This document shows, one piece after another, positions 18,218 through 28,840 of a DNA stretch of 64,000 bases. Position numbers and translations under genes: made by a program. Origin of the DNA: Lachnospiraceae bacterium. GTDB taxonomy: Bacteria > Bacillota > Clostridia > Lachnospirales > Lachnospiraceae. Location: positions 29,729 to 93,728 of the forward strand of contig JAQYIU010000039.1 in NCBI GenBank assembly GCA_028721415.1, read 5' to 3'. Positions within the stretch are counted from its first letter, which is position 1; each line of letters begins with the position of its first letter. The notes under the pieces are model-generated. The model ran no database searches. It was given only the letters and a program-made list of their open reading frames with translations, and was not told the DNA's origin.

Positions 18218-19339
18218 TTGGATAATCATTTAGACAATAACATAGAAGAAATTGAGAAAAAAACGAAAAAATCACGAAGAAAAGGTCGTAAGAGAAGAAT
18301 TCTGGCTCAATGTCTGGTATGTCTTTTGCTGGTAGTCCTGTTTTTGTCATCTGCAGTCGGAGGTGCGGCAGCTGCATATTATAAAGCGGCAACCAACACA
18401 ATCAACACAGATACGAAAACAGCATTGAAAGATGCGGATGTTGTAGATGCTGATCTGGTATATGATCAGGATGTGGTCAATATTCTTCTGATCGGTTGTG
18501 ACAAACGTGCGGACGAGACGGAAGCCGGACGTTCTGATACAACGATGATAGCGACCATTGATCTTAAGAATGGCAAGTTAAAGCTGACCTCCCTTATGAG
18601 AGATATGTATATTGATGTTCCAGGATACGGTTATCATAAATTCAATGCAGCCTATTCTTATGGCGGTGTGCAGTTGGAATATGAGACCATCGCAGAGAAT
18701 TTTGGTATCAAGTTAGACGGATATGTGGAAGTGGATATGGAAGCCTTTCGGGAGGTTGTTGATCTGATCGGAGGTGTTCCGATGGATCTCACAGAGGCAG
18801 AAGCTTATTTCCTTCAGACCGCATACGCGACCTCCAAACATGGGGAGAAAAATGTAGTAGCAGGATCTAATCTTATGACTCCTTATCAGGCATTGGCTTA
18901 CTGTCGTATCCGTCAGGACGTGACAGGAGAGTTTGGACGAACAGACCGTCAGAGAAAGATTTTGATTTCTGTCTTTAATGAACTGAAGAGTCAGGATATT
19001 ATGACCATTACCAATATTTGTATGAAAGCATTGAAATATGTGACTACTGACCTTACAGAAGAACAGATCCGCAGTCTGATGACTTCGGTAATTTCCATGG
19101 GAACCACAGAGATTGAACAGCTTCGTATTCCATACGAAGGTTCTTATACAGAAGGACGTCTCGGCGGCAATGGTGCATGGGTAATGCAGGTTGATTATGA
19201 GCTGAACAGTCAGGCTCTGCAGTACTTTATTTTCGGTACCGGCGAGGATCCGGGAGTAGATGATGAATATGGTGTTGGTAACAATAATTTCATAAAAGGA
19301 TATTATCCGGAAAAGACCGAAGGAATTTCTACGTATTAA
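18218..19339 (+). CDS. LCP (LytR-CpsA-Psr) family glycopolymer transferase
   Basis: Basic N-tail plus TM helix, NILLIGCD, GRSDT, SLMRD, KFNAAYSYGG, AYCRIR, FGRTDRQR. TTG start with AGGAGG. Confidence 0.92.
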   Translation: MDNHLDNNIEEIEKKTKKSRRKGRKRRILAQCLVCLLLVVLFLSSAVGGAAAAYYKAATNTINTDTKTALKDADVVDADLVYDQDVVNILLIGCDKRADETEAGRSDTTMIATIDLKNGKLKLTSLMRDMYIDVPGYGYHKFNAAYSYGGVQLEYETIAENFGIKLDGYVEVDMEAFREVVDLIGGVPMDLTEAEAYFLQTAYATSKHGEKNVVAGSNLMTPYQALAYCRIRQDVTGEFGRTDRQRKILISVFNELKSQDIMTITNICMKALKYVTTDLTEEQIRSLMTSVISMGTTEIEQLRIPYEGSYTEGRLGGNGAWVMQVDYELNSQALQYFIFGTGEDPGVDDEYGVGNNNFIKGYYPEKTEGISTY

Positions 19340-19352
19340 GGAGAGATAAGTT

Positions 19353-19844
19353 ATGAAACAAATGGTAATTTCCCTGTTAGTTGACAATAATCCGGGTGTG
19401 CTGGCAAGAGTCGCTTCTCTTTTCAGCCGAAGAGGATACAACATTGACAGTCTGACGGCAGGTGTGACCAATAATCCCAAATATACAAGAATAACAGTGG
19501 CAGTCAGCGGTGATGATCAGATTCTTGAGCAGATCAGAAATCAGATCGCAAAGCTGGAAGAAGTACGTAAGATCATTGTTCTCGATGACAAAGAGTCTGT
19601 GTGCCGTGAACTTGTGTTAGTTAAAGTTATGGCAGATAAGAAAGAAAAACAGGAGATTATTGCAATTGCGGACGTATTCCGCGCCAAGATTGTTGATGTG
19701 GCAATGAATTCTGTGATGATCGAGCTTACAGGTAATCAGAACAAACTTGATGCCTTCCTCAATATTATGTCAGATTTTGAAGTCCTTGAGATGGTGAGAA
19801 CCGGACTTACGGGTCTTGGCAGAGGAATGTGTGTTATGAAATAA
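19353..19844 (+). CDS. ilvN: Acetolactate synthase small regulatory subunit
   Basis: LLVDNNPGVLARVASLFSRRGYNIDSL, EMVRTG. Confidence 0.95.
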   Translation: MKQMVISLLVDNNPGVLARVASLFSRRGYNIDSLTAGVTNNPKYTRITVAVSGDDQILEQIRNQIAKLEEVRKIIVLDDKESVCRELVLVKVMADKKEKQEIIAIADVFRAKIVDVAMNSVMIELTGNQNKLDAFLNIMSDFEVLEMVRTGLTGLGRGMCVMK

Positions 19845-19879
19845 TTCTTAATCTTTTTTGCAAAAAGCCATTTTGTGGG

Positions 19880-19908
19880 TTGATTTATTAAAAAAAGAGT
19901 AGTATTAT
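19880..19908 (+). promoter_or_regulatory. SigA promoter of ilvC
   Basis: TTGATT-N17-TATTAT. Confidence 0.55.
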
Positions 19909-19995
19909 AACGAATGAGTTTGTTATTTCAACGTACTAAAGCGTAAAATAATAAAGGATATAAAAGTTTATTTTAATTATTTTTAGGAGGAATAA

Positions 19996-21018
<1,023 letters not shown>

Positions 21019-21082
21019 TCGTTGATTACATAGCTTATCGCAGTGTTTCATTTTGAGCTGACAGCATAATATAAGTAAGAAT

Positions 21083-21127
21083 AAGGTATCCTTAAAAGTA
21101 TAATTTACTTTTGGGATACCTTTTTTT
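21083..21127 (+). terminator. Terminator after ilvC
   Basis: AAGGTATCCT.AAAAGTA / TACTTTT.GGGATACC followed by a T run. Confidence 0.8.
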
Positions 21128-21229
21128 GATTGAATGTGATATGATATCATAAATTACTATTAGTAATAGCAAAGAATGATTTATGAAAGAAAAAATTAAA
21201 ACATAAATTTAATTTCAGGAGGTTTTTAT

Positions 21230-24160
21230 ATGCTTAATCTTTCGGATTTGAAAGGATACGTGCTCGAAGAGCACAAAAAGATAGAGGAACTCCACGGAGA
21301 TGGCTATGTTCTGAGACATCAGAAGACAGGAGCAAGAATACTTCTGGTAGATAATGATGACGATAATAAGGTATTCAGTATTGCGTTCCGGACTCCGCCA
21401 TCTGACGATACCGGTGTGGCTCATATTCTGGAGCATTCTGTTTTATGCGGATCAGAGAAATTTCCTTCCAAGGATCCATTTGTAGAATTGGCCAAAGGTT
21501 CACTGAATACATTCCTGAATGCCATGACTTATCCGGACAAGACAGTTTATCCAATTGCAAGCTGCAATGCACAGGATTATCATAATCTGATGCATGTTTA
21601 TCTGGATGCCGTATTCCATCCGAATATTTATAAAAAAGATGAGATTTTAAAACAGGAAGGCTGGCATTATGAGATGGAAGATGCCGATGGAGAGCTGAAA
21701 TTTAACGGTGTGGTATATAATGAGATGAAAGGTGTTTTCTCATCACCGGATGATCTTCTCGAGCGGAAGATTCAGAGTGCCCTTCTTAAGGATACCCCAT
21801 ATGCTTTCGAATCCGGAGGAGATCCGGATGCTATCCCACAGCTTACCAGAGAGATGTTTTTGGATTTCCACAGCAAATATTATCATCCATCCAACAGTTA
21901 TATTTATTTGTATGGTAACGTGGATTTTGCAAAAGAACTTGCTTTCATCGATGAGGAATATCTGAGTCATTATGAGAAGAATGCGATTTCATCGGAGATT
22001 GCATTACAGAAACCTTTTGCTGAGCCAATCACGGTACAGGACACCTATTCTGTTTCCGAAGATGACACAGAAGCGGAAGAGGAAGGAATCTACTTAAGCT
22101 ATAACGTAGTTGCAGGAACAAGCGGTGATAACGAAGAATTGCTGGCGTTGCAGATTCTTGATTATGTTCTGTTATCCATGCCTGGAGCACCACTTAAGAA
22201 ATGCTTGATTGATGCCGGAATCGGAAAGGACGTAGACAGCTATCTGGACGGTGGAATCCAGCAGCCGGTATTTTCTATCATTGTAAAAAATGTGGAGAAA
22301 GGAAAAGAAGAGCTTTTCAAAAACACAATTGATAAAGTGCTGAAAGAGCAGGTTGCAAATGGAATCAATAAAAAAGCCATTTATTCTGCCATTAATAATT
22401 TTGAATTCAAATATCGTGAGGCGAACTTCGGGCGATATCCGAAAGGGCTGATTTACGGACTGAATTTCTTAAATACCTGGTTATATGATGATAAAGCGGC
22501 CCTTGATCTCTCTGATACACTCACCCCGCTGGCTCATTTAAAAGAAAAAGTGGAGACAGGATATTTTGAAAAGCTGATTGAAACGTATTTCCTCAATAAT
22601 ACTCACAAAGCCTATGTTGGTCTCTATCCGGAAAAAGGAAAAAATGAGAAAATGGATGCGCAGCTTAAGGAGCAGCTGGCAAGATTAAAAGCTTCTCTGA
22701 ATAAAAAACAGCTTTATTATCTGACGGAAGAAACAAGAAAACTGAGAGAATTCCAGGAAACACCATCCACAGAAGAAGAACTGGAAAAGATTCCTCTGCT
22801 GGAGCTTTCTGATATTTCAAGAGAGGTACTTCCATATAAAAATAAAGAGATGACCATCGGGGATCTCCCGGCAGTGGTTCATGAATATCAGACCAACGGA
22901 ATTGTCTATATGGATTTCTGCTTTGACTATTCTGAGCTGCCGATGGAATTGATTCCGTATGCCACTTTGCTGGTGGAAATGTATCGGTATGTCGATACAG
23001 AAAGATATACCTATAATGAATTGGCAACAGAATTGAACCTGAAGATCGGTGGTCTGTCTTTCATGACAGGAATTCATACATTGCTGTGGAAAAAAGATGG
23101 ATTCCGTCCATTTTTCAGTATTCGGATGAAATGTCTGGAAGAACAGGTGCCGGATGGCATGGCTTTGATGAAAGAGATTCTTTTCTCCTCAAAATTAAAT
23201 GATGAGAAGAGATTGAAAGAAATTATTCAGGAAGTCCGTACCAAAATGGATTCCCGTATTCCGGCAACAGGGCATGTATATGCCGCAAACCGGGCTCTTT
23301 CCTATGTTGATCCGATGATGAAATATAAAGACATCGCAGAAGGAATCGAATTTTACGATTTTATCAAAGAGTTGGACAGCCATTTCGATGAGAAAAAATC
23401 AGGATTATTCAACCAGCTGCAGCGTGCGGCACAATGCATTTTCAGGAAAGAAAACCTCACGGTTGGACTGACAGGAGAATTTAATTTTAAATCTCTTCTG
23501 GAGGGAGAATTCCGTGCATTTGGCAAAGTATTATTTGACGGACCTTGTGTAAAGGCTGTTCCGGTTATGGCGGCATTGAAGAAAAATGAGGGATTCAAGA
23601 CTTCCAGTAAAGTACAGTACGTGGCCTCTGCAGGAAGATTTGAGACAGAAGAACAATCATATACCGGTGCTCTGCGTGTGCTCAAGACTATTTTTTCCTA
23701 TGATTATCTGTGGGTCAATGTTCGTGTGACCGGTGGTGCTTATGGTTGTATGTGTGGATTTTCCAGAAATGGATACGGATATTTCACTTCTTACAGAGAT
23801 CCGAAATTAACAGAAACGCTGGATGTCTACAAAAATGCAGCGGATTATGTCAGAAACTTTGATGTCAACGACAGAGATATGAGAAAATATATCATTGGAA
23901 CCATCAGCGGCATGGATCAGCCACTGGAACCAGTAGCTTTGGGAGATCGTTCCTTCCAGGCCTATCAGGCAGGAGCGACCGTGGAGATGGCAAGGAAAGA
24001 AAGGGCACAGGTTCTCGATACAGATCAGGAAACAATTCGCGGACTGGCATCCTATATTGAGGCTATGATGAACTCTGATACGGTATGTGCCATTGGAAAC
24101 GATAAAACCATTCAGAAAGAGAAAGAAGTTTTCAGTATCGTCAGAAGTCTGAACAAATAG
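21230..24160 (+). CDS. M16C (PreP/insulinase-like) zinc metallopeptidase
   Basis: Inverted zinc motif HILEH, LNAMTYPDKT.YP, GVVYNEMKG, VRVTGGAYG, SYRDP. Confidence 0.93.
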   Translation: MLNLSDLKGYVLEEHKKIEELHGDGYVLRHQKTGARILLVDNDDDNKVFSIAFRTPPSDDTGVAHILEHSVLCGSEKFPSKDPFVELAKGSLNTFLNAMTYPDKTVYPIASCNAQDYHNLMHVYLDAVFHPNIYKKDEILKQEGWHYEMEDADGELKFNGVVYNEMKGVFSSPDDLLERKIQSALLKDTPYAFESGGDPDAIPQLTREMFLDFHSKYYHPSNSYIYLYGNVDFAKELAFIDEEYLSHYEKNAISSEIALQKPFAEPITVQDTYSVSEDDTEAEEEGIYLSYNVVAGTSGDNEELLALQILDYVLLSMPGAPLKKCLIDAGIGKDVDSYLDGGIQQPVFSIIVKNVEKGKEELFKNTIDKVLKEQVANGINKKAIYSAINNFEFKYREANFGRYPKGLIYGLNFLNTWLYDDKAALDLSDTLTPLAHLKEKVETGYFEKLIETYFLNNTHKAYVGLYPEKGKNEKMDAQLKEQLARLKASLNKKQLYYLTEETRKLREFQETPSTEEELEKIPLLELSDISREVLPYKNKEMTIGDLPAVVHEYQTNGIVYMDFCFDYSELPMELIPYATLLVEMYRYVDTERYTYNELATELNLKIGGLSFMTGIHTLLWKKDGFRPFFSIRMKCLEEQVPDGMALMKEILFSSKLNDEKRLKEIIQEVRTKMDSRIPATGHVYAANRALSYVDPMMKYKDIAEGIEFYDFIKELDSHFDEKKSGLFNQLQRAAQCIFRKENLTVGLTGEFNFKSLLEGEFRAFGKVLFDGPCVKAVPVMAALKKNEGFKTSSKVQYVASAGRFETEEQSYTGALRVLKTIFSYDYLWVNVRVTGGAYGCMCGFSRNGYGYFTSYRDPKLTETLDVYKNAADYVRNFDVNDRDMRKYIIGTISGMDQPLEPVALGDRSFQAYQAGATVEMARKERAQVLDTDQETIRGLASYIEAMMNSDTVCAIGNDKTIQKEKEVFSIVRSLNK

Positions 24161-24196
24161 AAGTAAGCATTAATTAGAAAAACAGAGGTTTATAAA

Positions 24197-25102
24197 ATGG
24201 AGAATAAATTTAAATCAGGATTTGTAACGATCATCGGACGGCCAAATGTGGGAAAATCTACACTGATGAATCAATTGATCGGTCAGAAGATTGCCATTAC
24301 TTCCAGTAAGGCACAGACCACGAGAAATCGGATTCAAACCGTTTATACCTGCGAGGACGGACAGATTGTTTTTTTAGATACCCCGGGAATCAACAAGGCC
24401 AAAAATAAACTGGGGGATTATATGCTGATGGCAGCTGAGAGAACCCTCAACGAAGTGGATCTCATTTTATGGCTGGTGGAACCTACCACATTTATCGGTG
24501 GAGGAGAACAGTATATCATCGAAAAACTGCAGAATGTGAAAACACCGATTTTCCTTGTCATCAACAAAACTGATCTCTCAGGAGAAGAAGATATCTTAAA
24601 GGCAATCGTTGCCTATAAAGACAAAGTAGATTTTGCAGAGATTATTCCGGTCAGTGCCCTGGAAGGAACCAACACTGACGATCTGGTGCAATCCATTTTA
24701 AACTATCTTCCGGAAGGACCGATGTATTATGACGAAGATACGGTGACCGATCAGCCGGAGAGACAGATTGTGGCAGAATTGATTCGTGAAAAGGCTCTTC
24801 GTCTTCTCAATCAGGAGATTCCTCATGGAATCGCTGTGGTGATTGACCGGATGAAGACCCGAAAAAAAGGCAATATCGTTGATATTGATGCAACCATTAT
24901 CTGTGAGAGAGATTCCCATAAAGGAATCATTATCGGCAAGCAGGGAGCCATGATCAAAGAAATCGGTTCCAATGCCCGGGTGGAGATTGAAAATCTCCTT
25001 GACATGAAGGTGAATCTGAAAATGTGGGTAAAAGTGAAAAAAGACTGGAGAGACAGTGACCTTTTACTGAAGAATTACGGGTATAATAAAAAAGAACTAT
25101 GA
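24197..25102 (+). CDS. era: GTPase Era
   Basis: GRPNVGKST, QTTRN, DTPG, NKTD, KH domain IIIGKQG. Confidence 0.97.
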   Translation: MENKFKSGFVTIIGRPNVGKSTLMNQLIGQKIAITSSKAQTTRNRIQTVYTCEDGQIVFLDTPGINKAKNKLGDYMLMAAERTLNEVDLILWLVEPTTFIGGGEQYIIEKLQNVKTPIFLVINKTDLSGEEDILKAIVAYKDKVDFAEIIPVSALEGTNTDDLVQSILNYLPEGPMYYDEDTVTDQPERQIVAELIREKALRLLNQEIPHGIAVVIDRMKTRKKGNIVDIDATIICERDSHKGIIIGKQGAMIKEIGSNARVEIENLLDMKVNLKMWVKVKKDWRDSDLLLKNYGYNKKEL

Positions 25103-25839
25103 GTGAACAGTCAATAGTTACCGGGATTGTTTTGTCCGTGTATCCCATAGGAGAAAATGACAGGAGGCTGACAATATTGACCAAAGAAAGGGGGAAGATT
25201 CAGGTATTTGCCAGAGGATGTCGCAAGCCGAATCATCCCCTTTTTGGGGTGACGCAGCCCCTCATTTACTGTGAATTTGTCATAACGGAAGGAAGAAATT
25301 ACAATTATCTCAATTCCGCCGAAGGAAAAGATTATTTTCCACATCTCAAAAAAGATCTGGAAAGTATTTATTATAGCACTTATTTTGCAGAACTGGCAGA
25401 ATATTTTACGGTGGAAGGCCTGGATGAGAGGAACATTTTGAATCTGTTATTCGTAACTTTCACTGCCATGAAAAAGAAACTGGTGCCCAATGCACTGATT
25501 CGGCGGATCTATGAGTTTAAGATATTGCAATTTTACGGAATCGGGTTGGAATCCTTCCAGTGCATTTCCTGTGGAACCAGCGAGAATCTTACGGTTTTAT
25601 CCTTTGAAAATGGAGGAATGTTCTGCAGTGAATGCGGAAAAAAGATTGGCGGAACCCGTGTAGAACCAGCGGTTCTATACACACTGCAGTATATCACTAC
25701 GATTCCTTTGTCAAAGCTATATTCCTTTAACCTGAAAGAAGAAATCTTTCTGGAATTTCAATGGATTGTGAAGAATTTTTTCCGCATTCATGTGGACCAT
25801 AAATTTAAATCTCAGGAGATGCTGGACGAGTTTGTGTGA
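25099..25839 (+). CDS. recO: DNA repair protein RecO
   Basis: GENDRRLTILTKERGKI, CxxC...CxxC zinc finger; follows era. Confidence 0.93.
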   Translation: MSEQSIVTGIVLSVYPIGENDRRLTILTKERGKIQVFARGCRKPNHPLFGVTQPLIYCEFVITEGRNYNYLNSAEGKDYFPHLKKDLESIYYSTYFAELAEYFTVEGLDERNILNLLFVTFTAMKKKLVPNALIRRIYEFKILQFYGIGLESFQCISCGTSENLTVLSFENGGMFCSECGKKIGGTRVEPAVLYTLQYITTIPLSKLYSFNLKEEIFLEFQWIVKNFFRIHVDHKFKSQEMLDEFV

Positions 25840-25899
25840 GAAGAGAATCTGTTATTAAAAGTATAAATTAGATGGATTATGATGGTGGGGTGATTAAAA

Positions 25900-26200
25900 A
25901 TGGGAACTTATTATAATCCGGATAATGAAAGTTTTAGAAAAGCTGTTAAAAGTAGAATATATATTGACAAAACAGGGTTAATCTGCTATTCCAAGAAGAG
26001 AAGCTGGAAATCGACCGGCAATCATTATCGAACTAAAATGGAATCAATCTGCGGAAACGGCTATAAAACAGATAAAAGAACGCAGATATAGCGGTGTATT
26101 ATCAGGATATGATAAAGAGATTCTCCTTGTGGGGATTAGTTATGATAAGGAGAGCAAGGAGAAAAAACATCAATGTATCATTGAATCTGTTTATGTATAA
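25900..26200 (+). pseudogene. Internally deleted AAA-ATPase-like / PD-(D/E)XK (PDDEXK_9) nuclease gene remnant
   Basis: N-terminus MGTYYNPDNESFRKAVKSRIYIDKTGLI is joined out of frame to the C-terminus PAIIIELKWNQSAETAIKQIKERRY...ILLVGISYDKESKEKKHQCIIE*. Confidence 0.8.
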
Positions 26201-26299
26201 TCTTGAGAAAATAATGTCTACATCCTGAATTCTACTTCCGAGGGGTGTTCATTCTAGCTAAAAAACGCTATACTTTCCGTAAAGAAAGGAGACAGAAAT

Positions 26300-27265
26300 A
26301 TGGATTTGATCAAAATAGGAAAGTACATAGCGGAAAAAAGAAAGGGGCTTGGTCTGACCCAAAGACAAGTTGCAGAACAACTCGGAATGAGTGATAAAAG
26401 CGTATCCAAATGGGAGAGGGGCATCTGTCTTCCTGATGTCTCCGTATATGTGGAATTGTGTGAAATATTAGGTATCAGCATCAATGAGTTTTTGGCCGGT
26501 GAGGATATCAAAGAAGAAAATATCATTCAGAAGTCGGAAGATAATTTGATCCAGGTAACAAAGGACAGCAAATCCCGCCAGAAATATTTAAAACGTATCA
26601 TCGCCGTCTTAAGTGCAATTGCTCTCTTCGCCGTTATTATGATAGGCATGATGATTTATCAATATTTGAGTAAACCGCGAAACTATGTAATACCGCTAGA
26701 CCAGGACAGTGCAGAGATGAAAACGGCCAAAATGTTATCTGGTGTCGATGGAGCTTTCCTGTTTCGCTATGCGACAAAAGAGGAATATAATACCTTGACA
26801 CTGTATATGTCCGAGTATTGTGAAGGACAATTTATCGAAAAAAATGAGGTGATTCAGCTCTCCTACGTGGATACGGAATATCCATCGGGAGGAATGATTG
26901 CCATTGTGCCGGATTTTGATCATTTTATGGTAAAAGTGACGGTGGCAGATGATTTTTCCAAACCTTCAACTTACATACCTGTGATGCAGAAAGCAGAAGG
27001 AGAAGTGACGGTGGCAGATAACTGGACCAAATGTTCTGCAGAAATCTCTGTCCTTGAAAATGTACAGGAAAGAGAATATTACGGAAGATCCTATGCTCAA
27101 ATCGAGAAACAAACCAGATTGGAACAGGACAAAGAACAGGGATTGGTTGCTCTCGTTTATGACAACGATGAACTGAGGGCCATCTCAATTCAGGATCTGG
27201 AAAATGGAAACGTAGTGCCGGAAGATGATTATATCTACTATTTCTTTTTTCAATTTGGAAAATAA
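26300..27265 (+). CDS. XRE-family HTH regulator with TM helix and extracytoplasmic domain
   Basis: IGKYIAEKRK..GLTQ..VAEQLGMSDKSVSKWERGICLPD; TM helix about aa 99-121. Confidence 0.88.
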   Translation: MDLIKIGKYIAEKRKGLGLTQRQVAEQLGMSDKSVSKWERGICLPDVSVYVELCEILGISINEFLAGEDIKEENIIQKSEDNLIQVTKDSKSRQKYLKRIIAVLSAIALFAVIMIGMMIYQYLSKPRNYVIPLDQDSAEMKTAKMLSGVDGAFLFRYATKEEYNTLTLYMSEYCEGQFIEKNEVIQLSYVDTEYPSGGMIAIVPDFDHFMVKVTVADDFSKPSTYIPVMQKAEGEVTVADNWTKCSAEISVLENVQEREYYGRSYAQIEKQTRLEQDKEQGLVALVYDNDELRAISIQDLENGNVVPEDDYIYYFFFQFGK

Positions 27266-27318
27266 ATGACGGCACTCGTCCGGTTATTTTCAAAATTGAG
27301 CGGTTGGAAGAAGATTAA
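27265..27318 (+). pseudogene. C-terminal fragment resembling TIGR04076-family proteins
   Basis: Translates NDGTRPVIFKIERLEED*, resembling the family C-terminal DGxRPVIFKIER motif as recalled. No start codon. Confidence 0.55.
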
Positions 27319-27451
27319 ATTTCCGCACAGATTGCACCTAAGATAATGCAAATTGCTCCGATAATCTGAGTCGGAAGCAGCTGTTCTTTTTTTAGTAAAA
27401 ACTGAACTATTTTGATAAAATAAATCAATTGATACCGAAGGAAGTAATAAA

Positions 27452-27910
27452 ATGGGAAGAGTAAAAGAAATCAGAAATTACATTAACGCAGAAATCATGC
27501 AATTGGAGAATCCGGAGAAGATCCCGTCTGCTCTGGAACATCTTTACGGAGTATCTTTGGCAGCGACCATACTGGCAAAGAAGCGCGGGGAAGATTCGGA
27601 ACTGGCAGCCATCGCAGGTATGCTTCACGATATTCATGCCTACAAGACAGGCTCTTATGAAGATCATGCCCACAAAGGCAGTGTGATGGCAAGAGAAATA
27701 TTAGAGAAGCTTGGATTGACCACAGAAGAAGAGAATGCTCAGATTTGTTCAGCGATATATCATCATGATGATAAACTGGTGATTGACGATGCATTTGATG
27801 AATTGTTAAAAGATGCCGATGTGATCGATCACAGTCTGAATGATGTGTCGAAGGCGGTAAAAGAGAAAGAAAGACAGAGATACGAACAGCTTACAGAAGA
27901 ACTGTTATAA
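27452..27910 (+). CDS. HD-domain protein
   Basis: EHLYGVS, AGMLHDI, DHAHKG, AIYHH, LKDAD. Confidence 0.9.
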   Translation: MGRVKEIRNYINAEIMQLENPEKIPSALEHLYGVSLAATILAKKRGEDSELAAIAGMLHDIHAYKTGSYEDHAHKGSVMAREILEKLGLTTEEENAQICSAIYHHDDKLVIDDAFDELLKDADVIDHSLNDVSKAVKEKERQRYEQLTEELL

Positions 27911-27940
27911 TTGATAAAGATACAAGACGGAGGATACAAA

Positions 27941-28417
27941 ATGGCGTTAGAAGAATCAAAAGCCTATCTGGAAAGCAAAGGCTACGGAGACAGAATACAG
28001 ATTTTTGATGTGTCCAGTGCGACGGTGGAACTGGCAGCGGTGGCGGTTGGAACTGAACCGGAAAAGATAGCGAAATCCCTCACTTTCATGGTGGACGAAC
28101 AGGCAGTCATGATCATCTGTGCAGGAGATGCCAAAATCAATAACAGTAAATACAAAGGATATTTCCACAAAAAAGCGAAAATGCTTACCCGCGAGGAAGT
28201 CAATGAACTGATCGGTCATGATGTGGGTGGGGTGTGTCCGTTTGGAATTAAAGAAGGCGTAGATGTCTATCTGGATGTGTCATTGAAACGATTTGAGAAG
28301 ATTTATCCTGCCTGCGGAAGTGCCAACAGTGCTGTAGAACTGACACCGGACGAATTAGAGCAGTTGTCTGAAAGTAAAGAATGGATTGATGTGTGCAAGA
28401 TTCCGGAGAAAGAATGA
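27941..28417 (+). CDS. YbaK/EbsC-family aminoacyl-tRNA deacylase
   Basis: SSATVELAA, IAKSL, GHDVGGVCPFG, YPACGS; GGAGG RBS. Confidence 0.9.
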   Translation: MALEESKAYLESKGYGDRIQIFDVSSATVELAAVAVGTEPEKIAKSLTFMVDEQAVMIICAGDAKINNSKYKGYFHKKAKMLTREEVNELIGHDVGGVCPFGIKEGVDVYLDVSLKRFEKIYPACGSANSAVELTPDELEQLSESKEWIDVCKIPEKE

Positions 28418-28824
28418 TTATGAAAGAACTTAATTGGCAGAAAGGGGTTGTGGGGTATGCCTATGCCAATACTTTCAAAGGTAGAAAAGCCTATGACTGG
28501 TCTGTGGAGACGACCGTATATGTGAAAAAGAATTGTAAGAGAATGGGGATCGGAAGAGTATTATATGATCAGCTGGAAAAATCTCTGAAATCTATGGGAA
28601 TTCTTAATATGAATGCCTGTATCGCCGTTCCGGTACACGAAGATCCATATTTAAGTGACGACAGCTTTCATTTTCACAGTACTTTAGGATTTTCCATGGT
28701 TGGACGATTCCACAACAGTGGTTATAAATTTGACCGTTGGTATGATATGATCTGGATGGAGAAAATCATTGGAAATCATGAGGGACAGCCGCCAGAAGTA
28801 ACGTTTGGCCAATGGACAATTTAA
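28414..28824 (+). pseudogene. N-terminally truncated GNAT acetyltransferase (phosphinothricin acetyltransferase/YncA-like)
   Basis: VVGYAYA...AYDWSVETTVYV...GIGRVLY...GYKFDRWYDMIWMEK are present, but the usual ~50-aa N-terminal part before GYAYA is missing. Confidence 0.6.
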
Positions 28825-28840
28825 AATGGAGGTAACAAAA

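Noticed and set aside
18713-19480. Long antisense ORFs (e.g. 18713-19480, 42631-43269, 50072-50689, 62209-62799)
   Set aside because: They are shadows of well-supported + strand genes and have no motifs or RBS.
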